Of a DNA stretch of 64,000 bases, positions 36,817 to 46,940 are shown piece by piece. A program made the translations under genes and the position numbers. The first letter of the stretch is position 1; each line of letters opens with the position of its first letter. A model generated the notes under the pieces. That model had not been told where the DNA came from. It saw only the letters and a program-made list of their open reading frames with translations, and did not search any database. The stretch comes from Bdellovibrionales bacterium (GTDB taxonomy: Bacteria > Bdellovibrionota > Bdellovibrionia > Bdellovibrionales > Bdellovibrionaceae), in assembly GCA_043740435.1 (NCBI GenBank), contig JAYUCH010000036.1, positions 7,282 through 71,281 of the forward strand. Direction: 5' to 3'.

Positions 36817-38585
36817 GATTTTTCTGGCCGACGTATAACGACTGATAACTGATCGACATCGTAGTTTTTTCTATTCATTGAAAACGCAGATGGCTTTTTT
36901 TCAACCGCAACGGGCTCGATCTCTGCGCTGTCTAGTGATAATATTTGATCCAGATCAATATCTTCTGCATTTTGTGAAAGCTCAAAAGTTTGCACGTCTT
37001 CCTTAAACTGAATTTGCGGCTGGGTAAAACTCAACAGTGGTTTAAATTCTGGTTTTGGATTTAATTTAATTTCTTCAGCAAGAACTGCATTTTCTTTTTC
37101 TTTGCGCATGATCATTTTTACTAAAACTCCCTCAGTTGGCAGAGGCTCAAAATGCAGCTGTGCACCACACCTTTGCATGATCGACCGTGCCTCTGTAAGT
37201 CCTAAACCCATATGTTGTGATTTAAGCTTAGTCGTAAAGAATGGCTGCCAAACTTTATCGGGCTGATCTGCAAGTTGGCTACCACCCGTGCCGTTATCTT
37301 GAATTTCTACAACAGTTACATCCAGATCCACATCATAAGCCCGCACAATTATTTTTCTTGGACTGGTTTTTTCAGACAAGGCTTCGATTGAATTTCTGAT
37401 AATATTCTCGAAGGCTTTAATAAAATAAGCGTAATAAAAAAAATGCACAAGACCCGTAGAAATATCTTTTTCAACGGCAATGTGTGATTGCTTAATAAGA
37501 CTATCCAAGTTGAAAAGGGCCTGCTGTAAAGGCCCATTTAATGTGGCTTCACCGCGCTGACCTGCGGGTGGTTCAGCAAATACTTCTTGAGCGCGTTCGA
37601 CAGATTCTTCTTTGGTTTTATCAATCTGGTTTAAAATTTGACCCGTCATAAGATTAGATTCACTCAAGGGCGCTGCCGAAGCCGACTGGGTCTGGGTATG
37701 CAGCTCGGACTGTACGACTTCATTAAAAATAGTTTCACGCTCTTGCTTTTTATAACGTTCAATTTTTTTCTCGAGCGGATCCAGTCCGTAAAGCAGTAAA
37801 CCGATCAGTACAAACCCAAAGCCAAAAATCAGGCCGACGACAGACCACGGTACCATCCAGCGGCCCGTAACTGATTTTTTTAAAACATAAGACAGGGCCA
37901 TTAAATTAGTGCCCGCAATTTCTTCCTGAGCCAAAATATATTTTTTTGCTGGCAACTGATTTTCATCAGTCAACGTTCCAATATATTCAGGTTCGGTGTG
38001 AGCTGCTAAAATCTGATCGGATGTAACCAAGGCTGATGTCAAGCGACCACCCCGATCTAAATCAAAGTATTTCTGAAAATAATCAGCGGTTGTTATGGCG
38101 GCGATTGTTGATCCACCCGAAGACTGCGAGAAATTAAAAATCAAAGTTAGAAATTTATTTCCAGCACGATCTTTAAAAAGTTTTGTCTGTAAAGCTTCGT
38201 CTGATTTACTTCTTCTAAGTGACAGTGCTTTTTCTAAATAGCTGTTATTCCAACGCTCGGCCAAACCACCCGAGCGGCCAACAAACTGCAGTACTTGGTA
38301 GCTGCCATCCGCTTTTTTTTGCAACCGAGCTAATGCAAAAAAGGGATTCAGTTGGACCCAGTTAATCTGATTTTCTTTAATTTCAATTTCAAAGCTAGAA
38401 AGAACGTTTCGAACTGAAGATATTTGGCCCGAGACAGCCGTTTTGGTTAATAAAATTTGTTTACGCGCTGAAGATTCAGCTTGATAAAGCTTTTCTTGCG
38501 CGTAGAAATCGTTCATTTTGTACAGCACAACGGCTAGTAACAAAACTAAAACCACTACTAATTTGACGACAAGCCTTGTCCTCAT
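36813..38585 (-). CDS. Membrane sensor with HATPase_c domain; no recognisable H-box
   Basis: Two TMs flank a periplasmic domain; N-box ENIIRNSIEA, DNGTG, PFFTTK, GLGL; no HE/DxxxP phospho-acceptor motif seen. Confidence 0.75.
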   Translation of the reverse strand: MRTRLVVKLVVVLVLLLAVVLYKMNDFYAQEKLYQAESSARKQILLTKTAVSGQISSVRNVLSSFEIEIKENQINWVQLNPFFALARLQKKADGSYQVLQFVGRSGGLAERWNNSYLEKALSLRRSKSDEALQTKLFKDRAGNKFLTLIFNFSQSSGGSTIAAITTADYFQKYFDLDRGGRLTSALVTSDQILAAHTEPEYIGTLTDENQLPAKKYILAQEEIAGTNLMALSYVLKKSVTGRWMVPWSVVGLIFGFGFVLIGLLLYGLDPLEKKIERYKKQERETIFNEVVQSELHTQTQSASAAPLSESNLMTGQILNQIDKTKEESVERAQEVFAEPPAGQRGEATLNGPLQQALFNLDSLIKQSHIAVEKDISTGLVHFFYYAYFIKAFENIIRNSIEALSEKTSPRKIIVRAYDVDLDVTVVEIQDNGTGGSQLADQPDKVWQPFFTTKLKSQHMGLGLTEARSIMQRCGAQLHFEPLPTEGVLVKMIMRKEKENAVLAEEIKLNPKPEFKPLLSFTQPQIQFKEDVQTFELSQNAEDIDLDQILSLDSAEIEPVAVEKKPSAFSMNRKNYDVDQLSVVIRRPEKS

Positions 38586-38669
38586 GTTTTCAGCATCCCT
38601 GCATTTATCACTGTTTTTATTGTATGTATGCTTTCAGTCAGGAATCAACTGATCTTGTCTCTTTTATTT

Positions 38670-38704
38670 TGGACAAATTACCTTTTTAGCTTTATTTTCC
38701 CTGC
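38670..38704 (+). promoter_or_regulatory. sigma70-like promoter, probably leaderless nadB mRNA
   Basis: TGGACA-N17-TATTTT-N6-ATG; no SD before the ATG. Confidence 0.35.
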
Positions 38705-40315
38705 ATGATAGAAACTGATGTTGTCATTGTAGGTTCTGGCGTTGCAGCACTTGCCACTGCTTTAAAAATTGTCGAACAAAAAGGAAATTCTAAAAAAGTC
38801 CTTATTCTGACGAAAGAAAAAGTCCCCTCTACAAATAGCGCTATGGCTCAGGGTGGAATTGCTGCGGTCACTGATACCGAAGACAGTTTCAAAAGTCATA
38901 TCGAAGATACCCTGGTGGCTGGGGCCGGTCTTTGCGATCTGGAAGCGGTGCATAATATTATTGAACAAGCTCCTGAAAGGATTACGGATTTATTAAATTG
39001 GGGAGTTCAGTTTGATAAAGATTTAACTCGCGAAGGCGGCCACAGTCATCGTCGAATTCTTCATCATAATGATCAAACCGGAGCTGAAATTCATCAAAAA
39101 CTTTGGGCCCGAGTGAAAACTTATTCACAAATCCAGATCCTAGAAAATCATTTCGCAATTGATCTTATTGTTAACAAGCAAGTTGATCCAAGCATCAAAG
39201 GGCCTACCAGTGTGGTCGGTCTGTACGTGTTAGATAAAATTTCTGAAGAGGTCAAAGTCATCACCAGTAAAGTCTGTATTTTAGCTTCGGGTGGAGCCGG
39301 AAAAGTTTATTTGTACACCTCGAACTGGGGCGGCGCCACTGGGGACGGAATAGCCATGGCTTATCGCGCAGGAGCCCGTGTAGCAAATCTTGAATTCATG
39401 CAGTTTCATCCGACTTGTCTTTATCACCAAGAATCCAGAAATTTTTTAATTTCGGAAGCTTTGCGCGGCGAAGGCGGCGAACTTATTAATTCTAAAGGCG
39501 AAGCCTTTATGAAAAAATATCATCCCAAGGGATCCTTGGCGCCGCGAGATATCGTTGCCCGGGGAATCGATGCAGAAATTAAAAAATCAGGACAGCCCTG
39601 CGTTTACTTAGATATGCGGCATAAATCTTCAGAGTTTTTAAAATCCCATTTTCCAAATATTTATGCAAAGTGCAGTGAATTTGGAATTGATATTTCTCAG
39701 CAGCCGATTCCAGTTGTTCCAGCAGCCCACTATCTTTGTGGCGGTGTCTTATCGGACGTCAATGGACACACAGATATTATTGGATTATTTACTATTGGAG
39801 AAACGGCTTGTACCGGATTGCACGGAGCCAATCGTTTAGCCTCAAATTCATTACTGGAATGTTTAGCTATGGCCCATAACTGCGCTTTGACTCTGGAAAA
39901 AGAATGGTCACAAATTGTTGAGAAAACAGAAATAAACAAAACACCAAAAAAATGGACGAAACCGCAGACCACAAATTCCGACGAGATGATTGTTATCAGT
40001 CACATGTGGGAAGAAATTCGACGACTGATGTGGAACTACGTTGGTATCGTCCGGTCCAATAAACGCTTGGAACGCGCCGAACATCGGCTGCAAAATATTC
40101 TTTCCGAAGTGAAAGAGTATTATTCGAATATGAAAATTCACAGTGATATTTTGGAACTCAGAAATATTGCCATTGTCGCCAGTTTGACAGTTGAATGTGC
40201 CTTAAAACGTCACGAATCAAGAGGGATCCATTATTCTCTGGACTATCCACCGAGTGATAAACCCGAATCATTTTTGTCCGCAGAAAATACTTTAGTTTTA
40301 CGAGGGTTAAACTAG
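38705..40315 (+). CDS. nadB: L-aspartate oxidase
   Basis: GSGVAAL, NSAMAQGGIAA, REGGHSHRRILH, EFMQFHPT, SEALRGEG, APRDIVAR, AHYLCGG, LHGANRLASNSLLE, HESRG.H. Confidence 0.95.
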   Translation: MIETDVVIVGSGVAALATALKIVEQKGNSKKVLILTKEKVPSTNSAMAQGGIAAVTDTEDSFKSHIEDTLVAGAGLCDLEAVHNIIEQAPERITDLLNWGVQFDKDLTREGGHSHRRILHHNDQTGAEIHQKLWARVKTYSQIQILENHFAIDLIVNKQVDPSIKGPTSVVGLYVLDKISEEVKVITSKVCILASGGAGKVYLYTSNWGGATGDGIAMAYRAGARVANLEFMQFHPTCLYHQESRNFLISEALRGEGGELINSKGEAFMKKYHPKGSLAPRDIVARGIDAEIKKSGQPCVYLDMRHKSSEFLKSHFPNIYAKCSEFGIDISQQPIPVVPAAHYLCGGVLSDVNGHTDIIGLFTIGETACTGLHGANRLASNSLLECLAMAHNCALTLEKEWSQIVEKTEINKTPKKWTKPQTTNSDEMIVISHMWEEIRRLMWNYVGIVRSNKRLERAEHRLQNILSEVKEYYSNMKIHSDILELRNIAIVASLTVECALKRHESRGIHYSLDYPPSDKPESFLSAENTLVLRGLN

Positions 40316-40384
40316 TCCAATTGCACCTGTTCGAAATGACATTAAATTTGACTTCACTTCGATCAAAGCTCAATCTTATTTTGT

Positions 40385-41251
40385 ATGTATCAAAGATCAG
40401 AACTTTTTTTTAACAGCTTCGATGGCGCTAAACTTTTTATGCAAAAGTGGTCAAAACAAAATGCAGATGGCACTGTTTTATTCACGCACGGCCACGGCGA
40501 ACATTCAGAATGTTATCACCGCTTAATATCTGAATTCGATAAATCATCAACGACAAATTGGAATTTTATTGGTTGGGATTTACGAGGGCATGGCAAATCC
40601 GACGGACCCCGCGGCTATGCCAAAGATTTCACGCAGTATGTTTTAGACTACGATGTTTTTTTAGAAAAAACTCTTGGCTTAAAAGAAGTTAATGACAAGC
40701 CAGTTATTTTATTGGCTCACTCGATGGGTGGACTGATTCAGACCAGTGGGCTGATTGAAAAAAACTACCCGGCCCACTTTCCAATAATAAAAGCGCAGGT
40801 ATTAAGTTCACCATTTTTTGGCTTAGCCTTTGAAGTTTCTAAATGGAAAGATTCCGGTGCTGATTTAATGAATATTTTGTTACCCAAATTAACTTTAGGA
40901 AATGAACTTGGTAACGATCAGTTAACCCGTGATGAATCCATCATTCGCGAATACGAATTAGATCCCTATCGTCACAGTCGAATGTCGCCCGGAGTTTACA
41001 TCGGATTTAAAAAAGAATTTCCGAAAGTCTTAGCCAGAGCTTCAGAAATCACTTTACCCACGTACCTGCATATTTCAGATCATGATCCAGTTGTTTCCAG
41101 TGAAGCAGCTTTAAAAATATTTGATGCTTTCAGTTCTGAAGTTAAAGGTTTAAAAATTATCGAGGGCGGCCGGCACGAACTTTATAACGACATCGTGCGA
41201 ACAGAAGTAATAAAAGACGTTATTCATTTTATGGATAATTTTAAAAAGTGA
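40385..41251 (+). CDS. Alpha/beta hydrolase (lysophospholipase/monoacylglycerol lipase family)
   Basis: HGHGEH, DLRGHGKS, nucleophile AHSMGG, DPVV, HELYND. Confidence 0.9.
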   Translation: MYQRSELFFNSFDGAKLFMQKWSKQNADGTVLFTHGHGEHSECYHRLISEFDKSSTTNWNFIGWDLRGHGKSDGPRGYAKDFTQYVLDYDVFLEKTLGLKEVNDKPVILLAHSMGGLIQTSGLIEKNYPAHFPIIKAQVLSSPFFGLAFEVSKWKDSGADLMNILLPKLTLGNELGNDQLTRDESIIREYELDPYRHSRMSPGVYIGFKKEFPKVLARASEITLPTYLHISDHDPVVSSEAALKIFDAFSSEVKGLKIIEGGRHELYNDIVRTEVIKDVIHFMDNFKK

Positions 41252-41856
41252 TGGGTATTATGAAATTATTAATCAGGTGTACTGTTTTAGGCTTTATTTT
41301 TCTTTTAGGAAGCAGCTGTGCAACTCGGCTACCGACACCACCGGGCATTCAAGAAATCTCCGTCAGTGATTATGAAAATTTAATCGCCGACAAAACAAAG
41401 AAAATCGAGATTTACGATGGCCTTGAAAATAAACTGACTGTTGCAGCTACCCGTTTAGATTCGGCCGTCAGCGAAGCGACATTGTCACATGCAGCACGGC
41501 TGGCTCAGTGGCAAGAAGCCAAATACAAAGAAGAACGCTTCAAAGTTGTAGCAAAACACACGGACAGGACGGAATTTTTTGTTAGTTTTTTTACGCCCGA
41601 AAGAAAATTAGCAGACTTAGCAAGCTCTAAAAATTTGTGGAAAATTTATTTAGACATTGGAGGCCAACGCTATGAAGGTAAAGCTACAAAAATTAAACAG
41701 CAATTGACAGAAATTCAATCCCTGTACCCCCAACACAACCGGTGGTCAGATCCGTTCATGATTTCCTTTCCCATATCGACCGCTTTAACAGAAAAAAAGC
41801 CGGCTGTTTTAACAGTTACCGGTGCTGTTGGGTCGGCACAGTTAAAGTTCGAATAA
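41248..41856 (+). CDS. Hypothetical lipoprotein
   Basis: Lipobox-like GSSC; overlaps the upstream stop (GTGA). Confidence 0.7.
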   Translation: MMGIMKLLIRCTVLGFIFLLGSSCATRLPTPPGIQEISVSDYENLIADKTKKIEIYDGLENKLTVAATRLDSAVSEATLSHAARLAQWQEAKYKEERFKVVAKHTDRTEFFVSFFTPERKLADLASSKNLWKIYLDIGGQRYEGKATKIKQQLTEIQSLYPQHNRWSDPFMISFPISTALTEKKPAVLTVTGAVGSAQLKFE

Positions 41857-41868
41857 GGTTCGAATAAG
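41847..41868 (+). repeat. Perfect 11-bp tandem duplication spanning a stop codon
   Basis: GTTCGAATAAG x2. Confidence 0.85.
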
Positions 41869-41918
41869 ATTTGAAAACTAAGACTTTTTTAGTTCTAAAT
41901 TTGCATTGATTTAAATTC

Positions 41919-42707
41919 ATGAAGCTTTTATTGCCTATAACCATTTTATTGCTATCTATAAGTGCCTACAGCCAAAATACAGGGGACAAATTGAGTCACT
42001 GGCTACCACCTGTACACTTAAACCTGTATGAAGAAATTCAAAAAATTGAAAACTTGGGTACTGAAACCTCGGATTCAGATTCCAGTGATGAAGTTTACGA
42101 ACAAAATATGAAAGCTATCGACAAGCTTAACAAACGCTCTTGGAAATCAACAAAACGACAAAAATATGTAACCAAAGAATTTGCCGAACAGCTTTTAAAA
42201 AAAATCAATTTGGATCCTGTAGCCGGCCCCAAAGGTTATCCTATTTACGACCCTGAAAATCGTTATGGTTTTTGCTTTGGCCGTGCAACGTGGGTGTGGT
42301 TACAAGCCCTCAAGGCCGGAGTCGACAAACAATCCATCAAAAAAATATTTTTAGTGGGCCCCATGAAAAATGGAGGCACCGAGTGGCAGTTTCACGTTGT
42401 AACAGCCCTTCGGACAAGCAAAGGTTTCTTTTCTGACACATGGGTCGTTGTTGATCCCAATTTCAAAAAGATTTTAACTGTTGAAGAATTCTTTACGCAT
42501 TACAACCGAAGCAGCACCGATTATAAATTAAGACTTTTTGTGACTGAACCACAAAGATTAGGACCATCTTCAACTATTAAATTTGGCCCGGCCCACTACA
42601 CAGGAACCGGCGATGAAAATTACAACCGTTACTTTCAACATATGCTCGAGAATTTTTCAAAAAATATAAAATACGAACAAACAAAATCATGTGAGTATTT
42701 ATTCTGA
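41919..42707 (+). CDS. Secreted protein-glutamine glutaminase-like protein (Cys-His-Asp), copy 1
   Basis: Signal peptide; GFCFGRA (Cys), WQFHV (His), WVVVDP (Asp) parallel the GCYARAH/WxYHVA/IIDP triad of protein glutaminase. Confidence 0.7.
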   Translation: MKLLLPITILLLSISAYSQNTGDKLSHWLPPVHLNLYEEIQKIENLGTETSDSDSSDEVYEQNMKAIDKLNKRSWKSTKRQKYVTKEFAEQLLKKINLDPVAGPKGYPIYDPENRYGFCFGRATWVWLQALKAGVDKQSIKKIFLVGPMKNGGTEWQFHVVTALRTSKGFFSDTWVVVDPNFKKILTVEEFFTHYNRSSTDYKLRLFVTEPQRLGPSSTIKFGPAHYTGTGDENYNRYFQHMLENFSKNIKYEQTKSCEYLF

Positions 42708-42708
42708 T

Positions 42709-43446
42709 TTAAAAACCGCGCAGCACTCCGCCGTCGATCGCAATGGACTGTCCAGTGATATAACCAGCTTTTGGCGACGCCAAGAATACCGCTAAATCAG
42801 CAAGCTCTTGCGGTTCGGCTAAACGTCCGGCCGGAACCATCTGCTTAATTTTTTCTTCGCTCAGATTCAATTCTTTCAAACGGTCCGTGTTGGTATATCC
42901 TGGCAGTAAAATGTTAACGGTGATCCCATCAACAGCCACTTCTGAAGCTAATGATTTACATAAACCTGTAAGTCCTGCCCGTAGACCATTCGAAGTCGTT
43001 AAATTAGGTAAAGGTTCTTTAGCTGCTAGCGAAGTCACTAAGATAATGCGACCATATTTTTGTTTTTTCATCACGGGTAAAGCCATTTTGATCGCATCAA
43101 CAAAACTAAGCCATAAGTTTTGATAATCAGTCATCCACTGATCTGTTGAAATATCTGCAAAGGCGCCTTTTTTGGGACCGCCTGTATTCATAACTAAAAT
43201 ATCTAATCCATTCATTTTTTCAATCGCCTGCTTCACCGCCTTAGCGGACTCGTTCGGCTTTGATAAGTCAGCTTGAATACCAGCAAAAGCTTTCAATTCT
43301 TGAACTGATTTTTGTAAGCGAACTTCATCGCGCGAATTCAAACATACCATGGCCTTTTCAGAAATCATTGAAGCCGCAATGGCCTGACCGATTCCAGCAG
43401 AAGATCCAAAAACTAAAACTTTTTTTCCGTGCAATTGTAAATCCAT
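42709..43446 (-). CDS. Atypical SDR oxidoreductase
   Basis: GSSAGIG, NTGGP, VNILLPG.T.TDR; SNGLR replaces YxxxK. Confidence 0.88.
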   Translation of the reverse strand: MDLQLHGKKVLVFGSSAGIGQAIAASMISEKAMVCLNSRDEVRLQKSVQELKAFAGIQADLSKPNESAKAVKQAIEKMNGLDILVMNTGGPKKGAFADISTDQWMTDYQNLWLSFVDAIKMALPVMKKQKYGRIILVTSLAAKEPLPNLTTSNGLRAGLTGLCKSLASEVAVDGITVNILLPGYTNTDRLKELNLSEEKIKQMVPAGRLAEPQELADLAVFLASPKAGYITGQSIAIDGGVLRGF

Positions 43447-43460
43447 TGTTACCTACTTTA

Positions 43461-44477
43461 TTATTTTAAGAAAAATTCTGCTTTCATTCCCAGCCAGTTT
43501 AAAGCTGCTTGATGGTACAGCCATTTTTGGGTTTCCAAATCAAATTCACAGTCATTGATTAATTTTCCTGGTAGTTCTTCACCCAGCGGAAAAGGATAAT
43601 CAGAACCCAAACAAATGTTTTCTTTCCCAATCACATCAACTAAATAGTGCAAGGTTTTTTTATCATGAACTAAACTATCGACAAAAAACTTACCTAATGA
43701 TTTCTTTGGTGAAACTAAATTGTCGACACCACATAAATCAGGCCTTACTTCAAAGCCATGTTCGATGCGCCCTAGTGTAGCAGGGAAAGAGCCGCCTCCG
43801 TGCGCAAAAGCTACCCGCAGTTTTGGAAATTTTTCGAAAATTCCACCAAAAATCATGGAACAAATAGCACGGCTGGATTCAGCAGGCATACCCACCAACC
43901 AAGGTAGCCAGTATTTTTGCATCTGTGACTGACCCATCATATCCCATGGGTGTACGAATAAACACATGTTCCATTTTTCTAAAGCCTGATAAATGGGATA
44001 AAACTTTTCGTCGGACAAATTCGTTTCTAAAACATGCGAGCCAATTTGAAAACCATTTAAACCAAGGCCAGCACAACGTTCTATCTCAATGACGGATAAT
44101 TGTGGATCTTGCATGGGTAAATTTCCAAGTCCAACAAAATGCTTCGGCTGATCAGCGACCACTTTTGCAATATGATCGTTTAAAAACTGAGAAATCACTA
44201 ACCCATCTTTTGGTTTCGCCCAATAAGAAAACATCACCGGAACAGTCGAAAGAACCTGCACCTGAATTTTGTACTGATCGTAATCTTTTAATCGCAGGTT
44301 AGGGGTAAAGGCATTTTCTTCAATACGCCGAAAAAAATTTCCTGAATCATCGACCATGTCACAGTGACGACACCCGGAATTTTTTTTAAGCTCAATAAAT
44401 CCACCATAACCAAAAATTTCTTTAAATTTGGGAATCTCTGGTGGCAAAATATGCGTGTGAATATCAATTTTTAGCAT
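43461..44477 (-). CDS. 2-amino-3-carboxymuconate-6-semialdehyde decarboxylase (ACMSD, amidohydrolase family)
   Basis: KIDIHTHILP, STVPVMFSYW, FVHPWDM, WLPWLVGMP.E, AHGGGSF, GSDYPFPLGE. Start moved to ATG 44477. Confidence 0.93.
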   Translation of the reverse strand: MLKIDIHTHILPPEIPKFKEIFGYGGFIELKKNSGCRHCDMVDDSGNFFRRIEENAFTPNLRLKDYDQYKIQVQVLSTVPVMFSYWAKPKDGLVISQFLNDHIAKVVADQPKHFVGLGNLPMQDPQLSVIEIERCAGLGLNGFQIGSHVLETNLSDEKFYPIYQALEKWNMCLFVHPWDMMGQSQMQKYWLPWLVGMPAESSRAICSMIFGGIFEKFPKLRVAFAHGGGSFPATLGRIEHGFEVRPDLCGVDNLVSPKKSLGKFFVDSLVHDKKTLHYLVDVIGKENICLGSDYPFPLGEELPGKLINDCEFDLETQKWLYHQAALNWLGMKAEFFLK

Positions 44478-44997
44478 GACTCCACTTTCGGCCGTTTTGC
44501 GTGCCGCACTTCTGACATAAAGTCTTTGGACTGTTGTAGTAGCGTTCAAAAACTGCTGGAAACTGAGTTTCGATATTGGTTAATACAAAAAATTCCTCGT
44601 ACAATTTATTTTGACAAGATTCGCAGTACCATTGCAATCCATCTTTTAAACCCTCAGCTCGTTTTTTCTCTATGACCAAACCAATGGTGTTGGCAGGTCG
44701 CTGTGGTGAATGAGGGGTGTTGGCTGGTAATAAATAAATGTCTCCTTCATTTATATTTACATCGATCATTTTTCCCTCAGGAGTGATGACTTTTAAAACC
44801 ATATCTCCTTCAATTTGATGATAGAACTCTTCGCCCGTGTTTACATGAAAATCAGTGCGCTCGTTCGGACCACCAACAACCATGACAAAGAAATCCTTCT
44901 GCGGCCATATGCATTTATTGCCGACAGGGGGTTTTAATAAATCTCTGTTGTCAGCAATCCACTTTTTAAAATTAATTGTTTCGAAGGGTCCAAACAT
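44464..44997 (-). CDS. nbaC: 3-hydroxyanthranilate 3,4-dioxygenase
   Basis: LLKPPVGNK, VGGPNERTDFH, EEFYHQ, PHSPQR, rubredoxin-like CESC...CQKC. Confidence 0.95.
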   Translation of the reverse strand: MFGPFETINFKKWIADNRDLLKPPVGNKCIWPQKDFFVMVVGGPNERTDFHVNTGEEFYHQIEGDMVLKVITPEGKMIDVNINEGDIYLLPANTPHSPQRPANTIGLVIEKKRAEGLKDGLQWYCESCQNKLYEEFFVLTNIETQFPAVFERYYNSPKTLCQKCGTQNGRKWSHAKN

Positions 44998-44999
44998 TT

Positions 45000-45431
45000 T
45001 TATAGTCCTTTTTTATTATCCATAACAGCCACACATTTTAGTTCAATAGCAATAGGTGTAGGTAAGCAATTGATTTCTAAAGTCGTGCGGCAAGGTGGAT
45101 TCTGACTAAAATATTCAGCCCACAACTTATTATAAATTGGAAAATCAGCTTTCATATTGGTTAAATAAACGGTCACATCCACAAGGTGATTCCAAGAAGT
45201 ACCCGAGTCTTCCAAAATAGCTTGCACATTTTTAAACACACTTCGACATTGTACTTCAATATCGTATGACTGAATCGTTCCATCCGCATTTAATTCAACA
45301 CCGGGAATTTTTTTTGTTCCCCGTTCACGGGGTCCAACACCTGATAAGAATAATAAATTCCCGACTTGTTTTGCATGGGGATAGTTTCCAACGGGCTCGG
45401 GTGCGCGCAAAGAATTGGTTTCACTGTTCAT
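45000..45431 (-). CDS. RidA-family protein, probable 2-aminomuconate deaminase
   Basis: PEPVGNYPHA, LFLSGVGP, PCRTT.E...LPTPIAIELK; cluster context. Start moved to ATG 45431. Confidence 0.85.
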   Translation of the reverse strand: MNSETNSLRAPEPVGNYPHAKQVGNLLFLSGVGPRERGTKKIPGVELNADGTIQSYDIEVQCRSVFKNVQAILEDSGTSWNHLVDVTVYLTNMKADFPIYNKLWAEYFSQNPPCRTTLEINCLPTPIAIELKCVAVMDNKKGL

Positions 45432-46933
45432 AAAATTTCCTGACTGTTTTGATTCGAAGAATCGTCTGATTGTATGCAAATATTTTTTACTTCACTAAAA
45501 AATTTCAAAGCTTCCATGCCACCCTCGCGGCCAAAACCAGATTCTTTGACTCCGCCGAACGGAGTTCGTAAATCACGAAACATCCACGTGTTGATCCAAA
45601 CAATTCCGCTTTCAATACGAACCGCAAATTTTTGTGCACGGTTCAAATTTGATGTCCATACAGAACAGGCTAAGCCATATTTTGTTGAATTGGCCATTTC
45701 TAAAACTTCAGCTTCGGTCGTAAATGGCATGATAGTTGCCACCGGACCAAAAATTTCTTCTTGGTTTGTGCGGCACAAATGCGACAGCCCTTCGATCAAT
45801 GTGGGTTCAATGTAATAACCTTGTTTCAAAGGCCCAGACATCTCGGCCGCTTTTCCGCCGGTTAAAATGGTTCCACCTTCAGTTTTTGCTAACTGAATAT
45901 AACTTAAAACTTTCTGCATGTGCTGCTTGGAAACAACGGCTCCTTGTTGAGTTTCCAGTAGCATCGGATCGCCTTGCTTTAGTTGATTTATTTTTTCAAC
46001 CAAGGCATTACGAAATTTTTCGTAAATTGGCTTTTCTACAAAAATACGAGATCCGCATAAACAGATTTGGCCTTGATTTGCAAAAGAAGACCTAAGTGTG
46101 GTTTCAAGCGCTTTTTCAAAATCGCAATCGGCAAAAATAATATTCGGATTTTTGCCGCCCATTTCTAAAGAAACTTTTTTGAACTGCGTCGCGACGGCTT
46201 TTGCTATGGTCCTACCGGTGGTTGTACTTCCAGTGAAAGAAACCGCTTTGATATCGATGTGTTCGACTAAAGGTGCACCAACAACGGCCCCCGTACCATG
46301 GATAATATTTAAAACTCCGGGTGGTAGACCGATTTCATCAGCGACTTGCGCTAGCAAAGAAGCTGTCAGTGGTGTGAATTCTGAAGGCTTGGCAACCACC
46401 GTGTTTCCTGCGGCTAATGCCGGAGCAATCTTCCACGTTAGCAAATACAAAGGCAAATTCCACGGCGAAATACAAGCTACTGCCCCCAGGGCCGAATAGT
46501 CAGTGTAATTAATTGTTGTTTTATTACTGCGAAAACTTTCGCCATGAAACTGCGTGATCGCATCCGCAAAAAATTCAAAGTTTTTTGCACTTCGAGGAAT
46601 ATCTACAGCTCTGGAAACAGCGACAGGCTTTCCACTGTCTGTGCTTTCGGCCAAAACAAACTGATCTAATTTTTTTAAAATATTTTCAGAAAATTTCCTT
46701 AAATAATTTGCGCGCGCTTCAGCCGTAAGCTGTGACCAATTCGGAAAGGCATTTTTTGCAGCTTGGATCGCCAGATTAACGTCTTCAGCATCTGAATCAG
46801 GAATTTGACCGTAAACCACGCCGCGCGAAGGATTGTAATTATCGATATAATTTTTTTTTAAAGGCTCAGTAAATTTTCCACCGATGTAATTAAGGATTTT
46901 TATATTTTTATCGAAATTCAAAAATTTTTCCAT
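45428..46933 (-). CDS. Aldehyde dehydrogenase, probable 2-aminomuconate semialdehyde dehydrogenase
   Basis: ISPWNLP, KPSE, FTGST, LEMGGKNP, NQGQICLCGSR, EEIFGPV, PFGGVKESG; cluster context. Confidence 0.9.
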   Translation of the reverse strand: MEKFLNFDKNIKILNYIGGKFTEPLKKNYIDNYNPSRGVVYGQIPDSDAEDVNLAIQAAKNAFPNWSQLTAEARANYLRKFSENILKKLDQFVLAESTDSGKPVAVSRAVDIPRSAKNFEFFADAITQFHGESFRSNKTTINYTDYSALGAVACISPWNLPLYLLTWKIAPALAAGNTVVAKPSEFTPLTASLLAQVADEIGLPPGVLNIIHGTGAVVGAPLVEHIDIKAVSFTGSTTTGRTIAKAVATQFKKVSLEMGGKNPNIIFADCDFEKALETTLRSSFANQGQICLCGSRIFVEKPIYEKFRNALVEKINQLKQGDPMLLETQQGAVVSKQHMQKVLSYIQLAKTEGGTILTGGKAAEMSGPLKQGYYIEPTLIEGLSHLCRTNQEEIFGPVATIMPFTTEAEVLEMANSTKYGLACSVWTSNLNRAQKFAVRIESGIVWINTWMFRDLRTPFGGVKESGFGREGGMEALKFFSEVKNICIQSDDSSNQNSQEIL

Positions 46934-46940
46934 AACACCT

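Noticed and set aside
41840-41900. GTTCGAAT resembling a tRNA T-loop, and a hairpin at 41876-41894
   Set aside because: No cloverleaf or acceptor stem; it is an 11-bp tandem duplication. The hairpin is only 6 AT-rich bp, too weak to call a terminator.
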